A DNA stretch of 64,000 bases, taken from positions 509,830 to 573,829 of the forward strand of contig JBMOLU010000001.1 of assembly GCA_049325275.1 (NCBI GenBank). Direction: 5' to 3'. The stretch comes from Chloroflexota bacterium (GTDB lineage Bacteria > Chloroflexota > Anaerolineae > Anaerolineales > UBA4823). The position numbers and the translations under genes were made by a program. Of the stretch, positions 10,801 to 19,663 are shown piece by piece. The notes beneath the pieces are model-generated. The model was not told the DNA's origin, did not search any database, and saw only the letters and a list, made by a program, of their open reading frames with translations. Every line of letters begins with the position of its first letter. Within the stretch, counting starts at the first letter, position 1.

Positions 10801-11015
10801 ATCACGGTAGCCACCGAGGGGCTGTAGGTAGAAGGCGAGGTGACGTTCGAATCGACGACCAGGTTATAGCCCGCAATGATGGAAACCTGCAAGTCGCCGT
10901 CGGCTGCGCGGGCCGAGCGGTACACGTGCAGGGCGCTCACCAACACCGCAATTGCAAGAAGAAAGATCAGGACAAGAACACTCAACTTTTTGCCGGACCA
11001 GGGGAAAACGCTCAT
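4824..11015 (-). CDS. Giant secreted cell-surface protein (2063 aa): signal peptide, DUF11-like Ig domains, about 8 SdrD/Cna-B-type repeat domains, a C-terminal GEVED domain and a membrane anchor
   Basis: The N-terminus KKLSVLVLIFLLAIAVLVSALHVYRSARA is a signal peptide. Repeats of the form IGDxVWxDxxxDGxQDxxExGIxxVTVxLY occur about 8 times. The protein ends with VVDGEVEDYQWAF, a hydrophobic helix PIALVLLLAAFVGF and the basic tail RKARRLAAS. Confidence 0.85.
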   Translation of the reverse strand: MSVFPWSGKKLSVLVLIFLLAIAVLVSALHVYRSARAADGDLQVSIIAGYNLVVDSNVTSPSTYSPSVATVIGKFCNTSTATLPNVVGYIGNYVDGTAANDTPGVYPARVANATFATQHTWQSDTSGSISYSFMHLGGTADAARYIGDIPAGQCKVQYWSFTYPRCENNGAIPCSLDPVWGATNNPNDDLWLDFDVWGKSTTSAGTVVDIDEATWKMTMRNEISAMANKIEPNPSGHWFTTDTNVVEAGEVITSNGVLYTFGNVNKGFDNDGDLQFDYNAWMQPFGDPSYDPSCFRLIRTTGTLTVTRGGAPDQILNFTDNLYFTNLPSDNTNVTGVVRYTFLALGGTCTTAMTPYQEAASGADNEKFNGDFGAGIPPIKSFAPEITVTKDGETTQSLGGTITYQIPFVNNGDGSAGLVLSTGGYGVDMPFTIEDSVPAGLQYDCGSALLSLGYTPGTAPGYKTLYSNDGGETWRDNESLFSTCPGTDPTSTAAAPIVIRWQLTDPLPAMPGSGNNTSYGTATFRAIIPASYTGSTLIENEACANLGGASLALDCDEHNTLVRGSSSIGDFVWRDLDGDGAQDGGSETGIDGIGVSLYWDANNNNALDDGDALITSTVTASGGAYDFTFLPNGSYLVVVDAGDSDLPTGFSNTTRVVLDADISTAGTDDNTADFGFAPALQVDKALVSTSPVGEGSPVVFDITLTNTRPEADGSYCTYPIWATIAHGDNTLTPPGGNNANSQWTNPNNTLNEPDRLYATTGMRNTADVLGLSGFNLAGKTGSIRSVKLRLYFTEVTNFQAADSITVDVWRSDARDTTNQFIYNGATHFTGAAGTEYMFETAALNGTWTWANFSANASELQLTTSSSPTSGDIGLDAAAYIVTTNEPCGGGDDVVATLPLTDTYDADLLQFVSASPSHSTAATSGTAPNTTGTVVWSNLGPLSGGESRVVRVTFLALDPAAVSASTVNTATVSGAKFGSGRAVNDGQDTAPVTINRTAVIGDRVWNDTANPGVQDAGEVGVPGVTVRLCSSAACTTVLETTTTNASGYYSFTVTDGSYYVNVPTAPGTFTYDDDGATNGNGTAAVTVTGSDDLTLDFGYTLTTASVYGMLWEDLDGDGVKDASEPFFSGVTVRLCTASTCSTTGGNTVVATTTDANGGYSFLGVSTATPYYISVDTSSLPNGATGWTQTEDPDTTFDSRTTAAITFPAGVNGSYDFAYRRTPTVYGIGDTLFTDWDGDGAQDTGEEGIANATVRLYFDRDRDGALDAGDPLAAATTTDTNGNYLFPNLGADYYIVVVDGDSLPAGYVQTADPSQSGVCGVCDNRYNLNFAGTANVLSVDFGYRPSGGGSIGDYVWKDANGDGVQDAAETGIANVTVTLYEDSNANGSIDADDAVVAVTTSDADGAYLFENLPYGRYLVDVDTADSDLPTNAYGNRYLLTTGNDPTLIVLNAGSPNNLTADFGFAPPGAIGDLIWQDNNANGLQDAGEPGLGGVTVNLYTYTDSNGNGQWDSGETRLLVGSDATDAAGLYEFTGLPPSDYYVVEVGSGVPAGYLQTYDPDAPVSAIGCASGCNTNASLTLAYGQINHTADFAYRPLGRIGDTLWVDLNNDGVRQDTEPGLSGAAVYLCDSSDTPPCTGANANYTTSTDGDGHYAFGGIGDGNWFVSVSTPANYAQTYETNDATPDGTIEVTLSGGDVSSVGGTACTACSMDVDFGYRYDLSGAYTLSGTVFYDAGGDGGAYAAGTDVPYPGITVSLYDATTGALIATTTTVTGTNTYQFSGLPAGNYRVAFNKAGQLNLLTITTEPDDSLCTNVGSACNNWTQVSLSGNTANVDFGLYALMDCGDLPSTYNVSAYQYGTQLAANGPCHIHTTDRNADLNPSEHYMGSVDYEPDGQPNSTATGDGSDENGVVRAPYELWTPNTTVHLTVTVTGDNAYLAAWFDWNRDGDFNDSGEYRYYGQLAEGARSLPLVLPSNCCTGSTNTLLNVRFRLYQGFSPPAVIAPTGVVVDGEVEDYQWAFSPTHVTVETATAYTVSPVSWFSVPIALVLLLAAFVGFRKARRLAAS

Positions 11016-11150
11016 GGGATGTCCTCCAAACTAAAAAAACGGATAAATGGGAAGGGAACCCTTATGCAATTTTTACGGAAAGCAAGCAGAGAAGACTTTT
11101 TGTGATTTGTTTTCTGATAAAGCCCCGGCCTAGCAGCCTGCCGGAGAAGG

Positions 11151-11242
11151 CTTCGGAAGTCTCCGTGACCGCTTAAAAGCCGTGATTTTCGAGCAATTTC
11201 GCCTTATTTTGCGCTCAAGCCGCCGGGTAGAGACTTCCGAAG
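11151..11242. repeat. 13-bp inverted repeat (cttcggaagtctc / gagacttccgaag) flanking a 66-nt spacer; belongs to a small palindromic repeat family also seen at 54707-54766
   Basis: Arms lie at 11151-11163 and 11230-11242. The left flank agcagcctgccggagaaggcttcggaag (11132-11159) matches agcagcctgtcggagaagacttcggaag (54707-54734) at 26 of 28 positions. Confidence 0.6.
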
Positions 11243-11419
11243 TCTTAGCGGGGAGGGAACACGCATCGCCCAACTGCGTGCGCACAAAAACAGAGATAAC
11301 TTATCCGATTATAAAGGATGCACCCATCCGTTGGCCCAACAATCTTGTCAGTTTCGCTGGCACACAACGGGCACGCCCGTTTCGTCAGAGCTATACGCAA
11401 GCGCGCTGCGCATCTCCGT

Positions 11420-13753
11420 TTACACACCCCCGAGCGTAAAGTAGAACGTGGCCCCCTGCGCTACGGCCGCTTCGGCCCACACCCGGCCGCCGTGGCGCTG
11501 AACGATGCGTTGGACGGTAGCCAGGCCAATGCCCGTGCCGGGAAACTCTTCCGGAAGATGCAGGCGCTGAAACGGGCCGAACAGCTTGTCCACGTAAGCC
11601 ATGTCGAAACCGATGCCGTTATCGCGCACAAAAAAAACGGTCCGGCTTTCCTGCATCAGGCAGCCCACTTCGATGTGCGCATGCGCGTTATACCCGGTGA
11701 ATTTCCAGGCGTTTCCTAGCAGGTTTTCTAACACGATGCGCAGCAGGCCCGCATCGGCATACGCCTTGAGGCCCCCGGCAATCGACCAGGTGATATTGCG
11801 CTCCGGGGCTTGCTGGGTCAGGGTGGCTGCAATTTCGCCGGCCAGCTTGCTGACATCGACTTCGACAAGCTGTATCTGGCTGCGCATCAGGCGCGACAGT
11901 TTCAGCAAGTCATCAATCAACGCGCCCATGCGCTGCGCTGCATCTTGCACCCGGCGCAACAAGGAAAGCCCATGAGAATCGAGTACGGCAGCGTAGTCAT
12001 CGGCCAACATGCTGCTAAAACCGTGAATGGCCCGCAGCGGGGCGCGTAAATCGTGCGAAACGGAGTAGGCGAAAGCTTCCAGTTCCCTGTTCGAAGCCTC
12101 GAGCTGAGCCGTACGTTCGGTCACGCGCTGTTCGAGTTCGTCGGTCAGCTTGCGCACGCTTGCCTCGGCGCGTTTACGTTCGATCAACTCTTGCAGCAGT
12201 GAATCGTACAAGCGTGCGTTCTGTATCGCCACGGCGATCTCATCGGCGAGCGTCTCGATCACCAGCACGTCATCGGCGTTGAAAGCATCCACTGCCGGGC
12301 TTTGCACGTCCAAGACACCCAGGAGGGCATCGCCCGAACGGATAGGCACGTCCAGCTCCGAGCGGGTCGGCAAACGGTCGGGATAAAAGTTCAAGTACCT
12401 TTCTTCTACCGTGACATCACCCGCCAGCAGCGTCTTGCCGTGCTGGCCGACCCATCCGACCATACCTTTTCCCAGTTGAATGCGGTGCTCGGGAGGAAAG
12501 AGCTTGTCAAACGAACCGGCGCGTGTGCGCATGATCAAGGCTTCCTGATTCTCGTCCCACAAAAAAATACCCACGTGGTGATAGTTGAACTTTTCGTGGA
12601 TCAACTGCGCCGCTCGAGCCAGCACCGTATCCATATCCAGAACCGCAGCCACCTGTTTTACGATTTCGTTGATCATCGTCAGTTGCCCGGTGCGCTGGCG
12701 CGCGGCGTCCTCGGCTGCCCGGCGTTTTTGATCGAGCAGGTGACGGTCCGAGATATCGCGTGACACACCCAACACATACAGGCCTGTTTCTGCGTCGCCA
12801 AAAACCGTCGAGACCACTTCCGTCCATACGATACGCCCGTCCCGGCAAGGCTGCGCTACCTCGTCCACCTGCGAGGCTGCGCCTTGATCGCCGGCCAGGT
12901 AGGCGGCGATCCGTTCGGGAATCAGCGCCTGGAACTTTGCCAGCGATTCGGGGACCAATACCTGTTCCCAAGGCTGTGCAAGTACTTCGTCAGGCGTATA
13001 ACCGCGCAGGCGCTCGACAGAGGGGCTGACATAGGTAAATTCCATGCGGTCGAGGTCCAACAGCCAGATCACGTCGGCCATGTTCTCTGCCAAAAAGCGG
13101 TATCGTTCTTCGCTGGCTTTAAGGGCTTCCAGAGAAAGTAAGTGCTCCTGCGAAAGCTGCCGGTATCGTTCCTCTCCTTCGAGCAACAAGGTGTTGGCCT
13201 GGCGCAACGAGCCAATCGTTTTTTCCAACGTGCGCGTTGCCAGCCAGATGATGGTCGCCATGAGAAAGTAGACAACCATGGCAGGGATGTTCGGTGGCAG
13301 ATCCAACAGGTACGCCGCGGCGCCGATCAGACCGCTGGCCGCGACGGCCACGACAAAGGAGGCCGCCGGGCGCAGCAAAATGCTGGAAACAGCAATCGGG
13401 ATCACCATAATCAGCGTCGTGCGCCCAACAGTCAGTTGTTCGGGGGTATCTGCAATCACACTCAAGCCAAACAAGAACGCGCAAAAAACAAGCGCTGCGA
13501 ACGCCCCTGAAACGTAACGGTTGATCGTATACACCCCACCGCACAACACCATGCCCCAAAAGCCCAAACACTGCAACTTCTCGGCATGCTCTCCTGCCCA
13601 ACTCATCCACAGTGCAAACAGAAAGGCCGCCAACGAAGCCGCGGCGACCATCAACACCAGGATATTCAACAAAGTCTGGCGGCGCGCTTCATCGGGGTCA
13701 GAAGCAGTCACCTGCACAACTTTCGAGATTTTTCTCCACAGAGGCCCACGCAT
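11420..13753 (-). CDS. Membrane sensor histidine kinase (multi-TM, PAS, GAF, HisKA, HATPase_c)
   Basis: Several N-terminal hydrophobic helices, a PAS-like EERYRFLAENMADVIWLLD, the H-box SVSHDLRAPL, and ATPase boxes LLGNAWKF, DNGIGF and GTGIGLA. I placed the start at ATG 13753; the ORF track extends to 13897. Confidence 0.8.
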   Translation of the reverse strand: MRGPLWRKISKVVQVTASDPDEARRQTLLNILVLMVAAASLAAFLFALWMSWAGEHAEKLQCLGFWGMVLCGGVYTINRYVSGAFAALVFCAFLFGLSVIADTPEQLTVGRTTLIMVIPIAVSSILLRPAASFVVAVAASGLIGAAAYLLDLPPNIPAMVVYFLMATIIWLATRTLEKTIGSLRQANTLLLEGEERYRQLSQEHLLSLEALKASEERYRFLAENMADVIWLLDLDRMEFTYVSPSVERLRGYTPDEVLAQPWEQVLVPESLAKFQALIPERIAAYLAGDQGAASQVDEVAQPCRDGRIVWTEVVSTVFGDAETGLYVLGVSRDISDRHLLDQKRRAAEDAARQRTGQLTMINEIVKQVAAVLDMDTVLARAAQLIHEKFNYHHVGIFLWDENQEALIMRTRAGSFDKLFPPEHRIQLGKGMVGWVGQHGKTLLAGDVTVEERYLNFYPDRLPTRSELDVPIRSGDALLGVLDVQSPAVDAFNADDVLVIETLADEIAVAIQNARLYDSLLQELIERKRAEASVRKLTDELEQRVTERTAQLEASNRELEAFAYSVSHDLRAPLRAIHGFSSMLADDYAAVLDSHGLSLLRRVQDAAQRMGALIDDLLKLSRLMRSQIQLVEVDVSKLAGEIAATLTQQAPERNITWSIAGGLKAYADAGLLRIVLENLLGNAWKFTGYNAHAHIEVGCLMQESRTVFFVRDNGIGFDMAYVDKLFGPFQRLHLPEEFPGTGIGLATVQRIVQRHGGRVWAEAAVAQGATFYFTLGGV

Positions 13754-14055
13754 AACGACATTCCTGTGACACAGCATACTTGGCACTGTTACGAGTATAG
13801 CAGGGATATTTCGATCTTGATGAAACTTTCCATTTCGTTCACATTGGGCAGGGGCACCCCACGTGTCTACCTGCTGCATCTCAAAAACGGGTATCATGGA
13901 GCATCTCGCCAGCCTGCCGCAAAGGCGTTAACCGGCAAGCAGCGTAGTCACGAAAGCTTCTAAGAGATTGTCTGAAAACGCCATCACAGGTGCGACGCAC
14001 CTTACTTTTTAGATTGTTTCTGGACAAGCATCCACAAAGTATGGAGAGTGACGAT

Positions 14056-15051
14056 ATGCAACTTTGGAAAGCCACCCTTGTGATACTGTCCCTGTTTTTG
14101 GGAAGCTGTGCGCTTGGCTCGCGGCCGCAGCAGCCGACATCTGCCATTGCAACGGCTTACCTGAACGAAGTCCTCGACGTGGTTGAGCGCCGTGCCCTCA
14201 ATCGTCACTCGATCGACTGGGAACAGTTTCGCGCGCGCCTGTTTGCGATTGCAGAAGGCGCACAAACGACTGCCGACACCCACCGGGCGATCCGGTTCAT
14301 GGTTTCACAGCTCGGCGACCGCCACAGCAGTTTTCTCACCCCCGAACAGGCACACCAACTCGAACAGACATCCGACTCGCGCGAAGCGCCGCTGCCGCGT
14401 GGCGAACTGCTGCCAGAGCGCATCGCTTACCTTTGGCTGCCCTACTTGATCGGCGACGGCGCCACCGCCACGGACTATGCTGTGACGGCGCACACCATCA
14501 TCCGCACGTTGGACGAAGCGCAACCTTGCGGCTGGATCGTCGATCTGAGCGAAAACCAGGGCGGCAACATGTGGCCGATGCTGGTGGCTGCCGGCCCAAT
14601 CCTGGGAGAAGGCGTCGCCGGGTCGTTCGTCGGCCCTGAAGGGGCCGCAACAGCATGGTCGTACCGCAGTGGGCAGGCGCTGATGGCGCAAGAAGTCATG
14701 GCCCAAGTCGATGACGGCGCAGCCTATCGTCTGGCAGGTCCGCTTCCCCCCGTGGCCGTCCTGACAGACAAACGCACGGCCAGTTCTGGCGAAGCGATCG
14801 CCGTAGCCTTTCGAGGACGCCCACACACACGCAGCTTTGGTGCAGCAACCGCCGGGCTTTCGACAGGAAACGAAACCTATCCGCTGAGCGATGGGGCCGT
14901 GTTGATCCTGACCGAGGCAGTGTTTGCCGATCGCACCGGCAGCACATACGGCGGCCGGATCGAGCCAGACGAACGCGCCTGGTTTGGCAGGCCTGCCCGC
15001 CAGGCAGCCATCGCATGGCTGCTCCGGCAACCGGCGTGCACGAGACCGTAA
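14056..15051 (+). CDS. S41 family peptidase, probable lipoprotein
   Basis: MQLWKATLVILSLFLGSCALGS has a lipobox LGSC. S41 motifs ENQGGNMWPM and TASSGEAIAVAFRG are present. The start could instead be 14041 or 13990. Confidence 0.7.
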   Translation: MQLWKATLVILSLFLGSCALGSRPQQPTSAIATAYLNEVLDVVERRALNRHSIDWEQFRARLFAIAEGAQTTADTHRAIRFMVSQLGDRHSSFLTPEQAHQLEQTSDSREAPLPRGELLPERIAYLWLPYLIGDGATATDYAVTAHTIIRTLDEAQPCGWIVDLSENQGGNMWPMLVAAGPILGEGVAGSFVGPEGAATAWSYRSGQALMAQEVMAQVDDGAAYRLAGPLPPVAVLTDKRTASSGEAIAVAFRGRPHTRSFGAATAGLSTGNETYPLSDGAVLILTEAVFADRTGSTYGGRIEPDERAWFGRPARQAAIAWLLRQPACTRP

Positions 15052-15297
15052 AAGCAGATACAAAGCCGACTCACGGAGGTTAAGGCAGCCGGCGCAGGCC
15101 GGCTATGTGCGCCGTGTTGCTGCGGTTTCAATTCCACAGAAGTGCCTGCTCGCCCCCTTGCGGCAATGGGAGTACAATCAGAGAAAGGTTTCGATCCTAT
15201 CCGGCCGGACCCAAGCCCGGTGCAGAAAAAGCACGGCGCACAAGTACGCAATCAAGAGCAGGGTCAGGACCGTTCCGCTTTATGCGGGTCAGGAGGC

Positions 15298-16494
15298 ATG
15301 ATGACAACCGTAACGGCAGAACAACTCGTACACGTTCCCCCGGCGTTGGCCTACCGGGCCTTCACCAATGCAACCTCGCTGCGTGAGTGGCTGTGCGATG
15401 TGGCGACCGCCGCCCCGCACGTCGGCGGTCGCATGTACCTGTGGTGGAATGGCGATTTCTACAGCAGCGGGCACTACCGGGTGTTGGAGCCTGACCGAAA
15501 GGTTGCGTTCCGCTGGTACTCGAATATCGATCCCGGCCCAACGGACATTACCGTAACGTTCACCGGACAAGACGGCGGCACGCTGGTACGTATGGAACAC
15601 GAAGTGCCCGACGACCCGGCCTGGGAATTAAAGGCGCAAAACTTCCAGAACGAGTGGCAAAGCAGCCTGCGTAATCTGGCTTCGGTGCTCGAAACCGGCA
15701 TCGACCGGCGCATCGCCGACCGCCCGATGTTGGGCATCCTGCCCGGTGATTTCACCCCCGAACAGGCCCGCCAGCTCGGCGTACCCGTCAACGTCGGGGT
15801 ACGGTTGGACGGTGTGGTGGACGGCATGGGCGCACAGCGGGCCGGCCTGCAAAAAGACGACGTGGTGGTTTCGCTCGCTGGCCGCCCCGTCACCGGCGAT
15901 CCGGGCAGTTTTCCGGCCGCGTTGGCCGGCAAAAAAGGCGGCGACCCGGTTGAAGTTGTTTTCTACCGCGGCCCGGAGCAGCACACCGTCACGATGGAAT
16001 TGGCCAGGCGCCCGATGCCCGACGTGCCTGCCGACCCGGCCGAGCTGGCCGTCCAGGCCCGCCTGAAATACGAGGCCGCCTTCGCCGCGCTGGTGTCCTG
16101 CTTCACGGGTATCACCGACGCGCAGGCAGCCACCCGCCCCGCCCCCGGCGAGTGGAGCGCCCTGGACGTGCTGGCGCATCTTCTACAGGGGGAACGCGGC
16201 CTGCACTTCTTCATCGCCGACTTGATCGGCGGGTACGAGCGCACCAGCGACGAATGGGGCGGCAATATCGAAGCGCACCTGAAAGCTACGGTGTCCGTCT
16301 ATCCGACGGTTATCGACATGCTCAACGCCCTCGAACGGGCCAACGAAGAAAGCCTGTTGCTGGCTGCCGCCTTGCCTCCCGAATTCGCCGCCAACAAGGG
16401 CAGCTACTACCGCGTCGGTAACTGGCTGCTGTTGAACGACAACCACGTCTATTCGCACATCCCCCAAATTCAGGCCGCGCTTGCAGCAGCCTAA
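15298..16494 (+). CDS. Fusion protein with SRPBCC (AHSA1-like), PDZ and DinB-like domains
   Basis: Start ATG 15298 is preceded by caggagg. The N-terminus AYRAFTNATSLREWL resembles SRPBCC. The middle GVRLDGVVDGMGAQRAGLQKDDVVVSLAG resembles PDZ. The C-terminus WSALDVLAHLLQGERG resembles DinB. Confidence 0.55.
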   Translation: MMTTVTAEQLVHVPPALAYRAFTNATSLREWLCDVATAAPHVGGRMYLWWNGDFYSSGHYRVLEPDRKVAFRWYSNIDPGPTDITVTFTGQDGGTLVRMEHEVPDDPAWELKAQNFQNEWQSSLRNLASVLETGIDRRIADRPMLGILPGDFTPEQARQLGVPVNVGVRLDGVVDGMGAQRAGLQKDDVVVSLAGRPVTGDPGSFPAALAGKKGGDPVEVVFYRGPEQHTVTMELARRPMPDVPADPAELAVQARLKYEAAFAALVSCFTGITDAQAATRPAPGEWSALDVLAHLLQGERGLHFFIADLIGGYERTSDEWGGNIEAHLKATVSVYPTVIDMLNALERANEESLLLAAALPPEFAANKGSYYRVGNWLLLNDNHVYSHIPQIQAALAAA

Positions 16495-16596
16495 CAGCCT
16501 TCGGAGAGCACCTGGGGACGAGCGGGGCATGTTTTGCCCGGCGTACGTTCTCGAAACCTAGAAAGCCTGTAAACGTTTGTCGTTGCCTTTTGCCCT

Positions 16597-17664
16597 TCAG
16601 GATTGGCCTGCTACGCTCATCTCCTGCTTGAAAGCCAGGAGTGCGGCAATCGGGGTCGGGTCGATTTCATAGATCATCGCCAGGTAAAAGGCCACGTAGT
16701 CGCCCAGGTGCAGGCTGGTCCACAGGTTAGCCAGCGGCGTGTCGCCCCGTGCATCGATGAAGTCGGTTGCCAGGCCCTCCTGCATGAAGACCTTCTTGGT
16801 CAACTCGGTGCGCAGGCGGTTACGGGGGTGATCCGCCGCAGAACGCAGAAAGAGCGTATAAATATTGGGCAGCATCCCCTCGGGTTGCAGCGTGCCCGCC
16901 AGTGTGTTGTGATCGGCTTCGGGCAAAAACTCGAACTGCGCCCATGCCTTCGCCAATTCGCTGATCTGTCCCTTCCAGCGCCGCGCCACCGGGGCGAGGA
17001 TTCCTGAACCAAAAACGGAAACCCAACGGCCTACCAATTGCCCGGCCAGGCGCTTGGCCGCGTTTTGCACCACCGGCACATCGGCCTTGATTTTCTCTTG
17101 CTGTGCACGCATGGCGGCAATCGCATTCTCGACCTCGGCACCCGGATCGGCGATCAGCCCCAGGCGGGCGAAGGCAGCCAGTAGCAGGCCGAACGAAAAG
17201 CCGACTGCGGCGCGCGGCTGACCCTGGTGGACGAAAGTCCAACTGGCCGCGCCGGCCTGCTGCGCCGCTGCCAGGAGCTTGCCCCCGGTGGCTACGGCCA
17301 GGATACGGCAGTTGCGTTGGGCCGCCTCGGCGAAAGCATCCAGGGTTTCTTCGGTGTTACCCGAATGGGAGGAGGCGATCACCAGCGTGCTTTCTCCCTG
17401 CGCCCAGGCAGGCAGGCCGTAATCGCGATGCACCAGCACCGGGGCTTTACACTGGCCGGCGACGTATGCCGAGAGCAGGTCGGCGCCGATGGCCGAACCG
17501 CCCATACCCGCAATGAGCACGCGCTCGATGCCCTGCCAGGCCGGCAGGGGTTGGCGACTGCCCAGATCCCAGGCGGTTTCGAACTGGCCCGGCAGGCCGT
17601 CGATGTGACCGAGCATGTCTTCCAGGTCAACCTGGGCAAAGGATGAATGTTGATCGAGATTCAT
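16597..17664 (-). CDS. Bifunctional phosphoglucose/phosphomannose isomerase (SIS domain)
   Basis: Carries the SIS motifs GMGGSAIGADLL and SSHSGNTEETL. Start ATG 17664 is preceded by caggag and makes an ATGA overlap with the rsmI stop. Confidence 0.75.
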   Translation of the reverse strand: MNLDQHSSFAQVDLEDMLGHIDGLPGQFETAWDLGSRQPLPAWQGIERVLIAGMGGSAIGADLLSAYVAGQCKAPVLVHRDYGLPAWAQGESTLVIASSHSGNTEETLDAFAEAAQRNCRILAVATGGKLLAAAQQAGAASWTFVHQGQPRAAVGFSFGLLLAAFARLGLIADPGAEVENAIAAMRAQQEKIKADVPVVQNAAKRLAGQLVGRWVSVFGSGILAPVARRWKGQISELAKAWAQFEFLPEADHNTLAGTLQPEGMLPNIYTLFLRSAADHPRNRLRTELTKKVFMQEGLATDFIDARGDTPLANLWTSLHLGDYVAFYLAMIYEIDPTPIAALLAFKQEMSVAGQS

Positions 17665-18515
17665 GAGAACTCCTGGTGTGTAGAATTGGATGGCTTTAAC
17701 GTATGCAACAGGCGGTAAACTTCTTTCTTGGGCCAACCGGCCTCATGGGCGAGCGTCGCGGCAATCTGTGAAGCCGGTTCGCCGCTTTGCAGGCGTGCCT
17801 GTAGGGCGGCTTGCAGGCGGTCTTCGGGCCAGCGGCCGGCTTCAACGCTCTCCGCCCCGGCAACCACCAGGGTAAACTCGCCCCGCGGCGGGTTGTTTTT
17901 GAAATGGTCCTGCACGGCGCCGATCGGGCCGCGCACGATCTCTTCGTGCAGCTTGGTCAGCTCGCGTGCGGCTGCCATCGCGCGCTCACCGAGCACGAGG
18001 CGCAAATCGTCGAGGGCACCCAACAGGCGGTGGGGCGTCTCCAGGAAGATCAATGTGTAGGGTAGGTGGGCCACCGGCTTCAAGAAGGCCTGCCGCTCGC
18101 TCGGCTTGCGCGGCAGATAGCCGAGGTAAAGGAAGCTGTCCGTGGGCAAGCCCGAGGCCACCAGCGCCGCCACAGGGGCCGAAGGCCCCGGCACCGGGCT
18201 GACGGTATGCCCCACGGCCAGCACCGCCTGCGTCAACTCGTATCCCGGATCGTTCAGGGCAGGTGTGCCGGCATCGGAAACCAGGGCCACATCGCCCTCG
18301 GCCAACGCTGCCAGCACCGCATCCAACCGGGTAAGCTTGTTGTGTTCGTGGTAACTGCACAGGGGGGTACGGATGCCGAAGTGATTCAACAGCTTGCGCG
18401 TCTGGCGGGTGTCTTCGGCGGCGATCAGGCGCACTTCACGCAGCAGGCGCAGCGCGCGGGCCGAAATATCCTCCAGGTTGCCGATGGGGGTCGCCACCAA
18501 ATACAGCGTGCTCAT
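17661..18515 (-). CDS. rsmI: 16S rRNA (cytidine1402-2'-O)-methyltransferase
   Basis: [25 protein letters not shown] and the overall length match the RsmI tetrapyrrole-methylase-like family. Confidence 0.85.
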   Translation of the reverse strand: MSTLYLVATPIGNLEDISARALRLLREVRLIAAEDTRQTRKLLNHFGIRTPLCSYHEHNKLTRLDAVLAALAEGDVALVSDAGTPALNDPGYELTQAVLAVGHTVSPVPGPSAPVAALVASGLPTDSFLYLGYLPRKPSERQAFLKPVAHLPYTLIFLETPHRLLGALDDLRLVLGERAMAAARELTKLHEEIVRGPIGAVQDHFKNNPPRGEFTLVVAGAESVEAGRWPEDRLQAALQARLQSGEPASQIAATLAHEAGWPKKEVYRLLHTLKPSNSTHQEFS

Positions 18516-19663
18516 GCTTCAACGGCAGGTTCGACCCCCACTCGGGCCGCCAAAATGCGGGCGATCTGCCGGGCAGCGCCAGGCCGGGCAAGGCGCCGGG
18601 CAGCATCGACAGCCTGCAAGCGTTTTTCAGGGTAATACAGCCAGTCACGCAGGGTGTGAACGACACTGTGCGCGGTGGGCGCCCAGGCGCCTGCACCTTC
18701 TGCCAGCACGTATTTGACATTGCCATCTTCCTGTCCTGGTAAGCGGCTATACAGAACGATCGGCAGGCTGGCGTTGAAGGCCTCGCTGATCGTCCCCGGC
18801 CCGGCCTTGGTCACAAGGACGTCGGCGGCGCGCATCAGGTCGGGCATATCGCGCACGAAGCCGTAGAGGTAAGTCGGCAACGTCCAGTGTGCATCGGCCA
18901 GGCGCGCTTTGAGCTTCTGGTTGCGCCCGGTGACGATAGCCAGGGCAACCGGCAGCCCGGCGTGATCGATGCGACGGGAAATGCGCCCCATCGGCCCCAT
19001 ACCCTCGCCTCCGCCGACGATCAGGACCACCGGGCGATCCTGGGGCCACCCCATCCGCTGGCGCAGGGCCGCCCGGTCGCCTGGGGGCTGGCAAAACCGC
19101 TCGGCCACGGGCAGGCCAACGACCTGTAACTTCTCTTCCGGCATCCCAAACTTGATCGCCCGCCGGCGCGCTGCCTCGGTCGGCACGATACACAGGTCCA
19201 CGCGCGGGGTATACCACAAGGCATGCGTGCTGACCAGGTCGGTCACGACGGTCACGTAAGGCACGTGCGACCGGCCCAGGGCGCGCAGCATGGGGGTGTT
19301 AATGAGTGGGTGAACGGAAACGATCAAATCGTATTCGTTGGCGTGACTGGCAAACTTTCGGGTGGCCCGCCGGATGTAGGGCCAGGCGGCGTCATTGATA
19401 AAACGCGCCCGCCGGTCGCCATCGCTCAGGTGAAAACCTACCCCCCAGGCCTGCGGCATTTTCACCATGTAGGGGTACCAATCGGGTAATTGATTCAGCG
19501 GCAGCGGTGCGTATTCTTTGAGAAAGTCCACCTTTTCGGTGACGATCTGTTCCCCAAATTCCAGTTGCATGGCCTCGATAATGGCTTCTGCTGCACTGCG
19601 ATGCCCGCCACCGGTATCGGAAAAAAGAAATAAAATGCGCGGTCGTCTTTCAAGAAGGTTCAT
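18512..19663 (-). CDS. MGDG-synthase-like glycosyltransferase (GT28 family diacylglycerol glycosyltransferase)
   Basis: [24 protein letters not shown] matches the MGDG synthase N-terminal domain, and the C-terminal half is GT28-like. I placed the start at ATG 19663 ([12 protein letters not shown]). Confidence 0.7.
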   Translation of the reverse strand: MNLLERRPRILFLFSDTGGGHRSAAEAIIEAMQLEFGEQIVTEKVDFLKEYAPLPLNQLPDWYPYMVKMPQAWGVGFHLSDGDRRARFINDAAWPYIRRATRKFASHANEYDLIVSVHPLINTPMLRALGRSHVPYVTVVTDLVSTHALWYTPRVDLCIVPTEAARRRAIKFGMPEEKLQVVGLPVAERFCQPPGDRAALRQRMGWPQDRPVVLIVGGGEGMGPMGRISRRIDHAGLPVALAIVTGRNQKLKARLADAHWTLPTYLYGFVRDMPDLMRAADVLVTKAGPGTISEAFNASLPIVLYSRLPGQEDGNVKYVLAEGAGAWAPTAHSVVHTLRDWLYYPEKRLQAVDAARRLARPGAARQIARILAARVGVEPAVEA

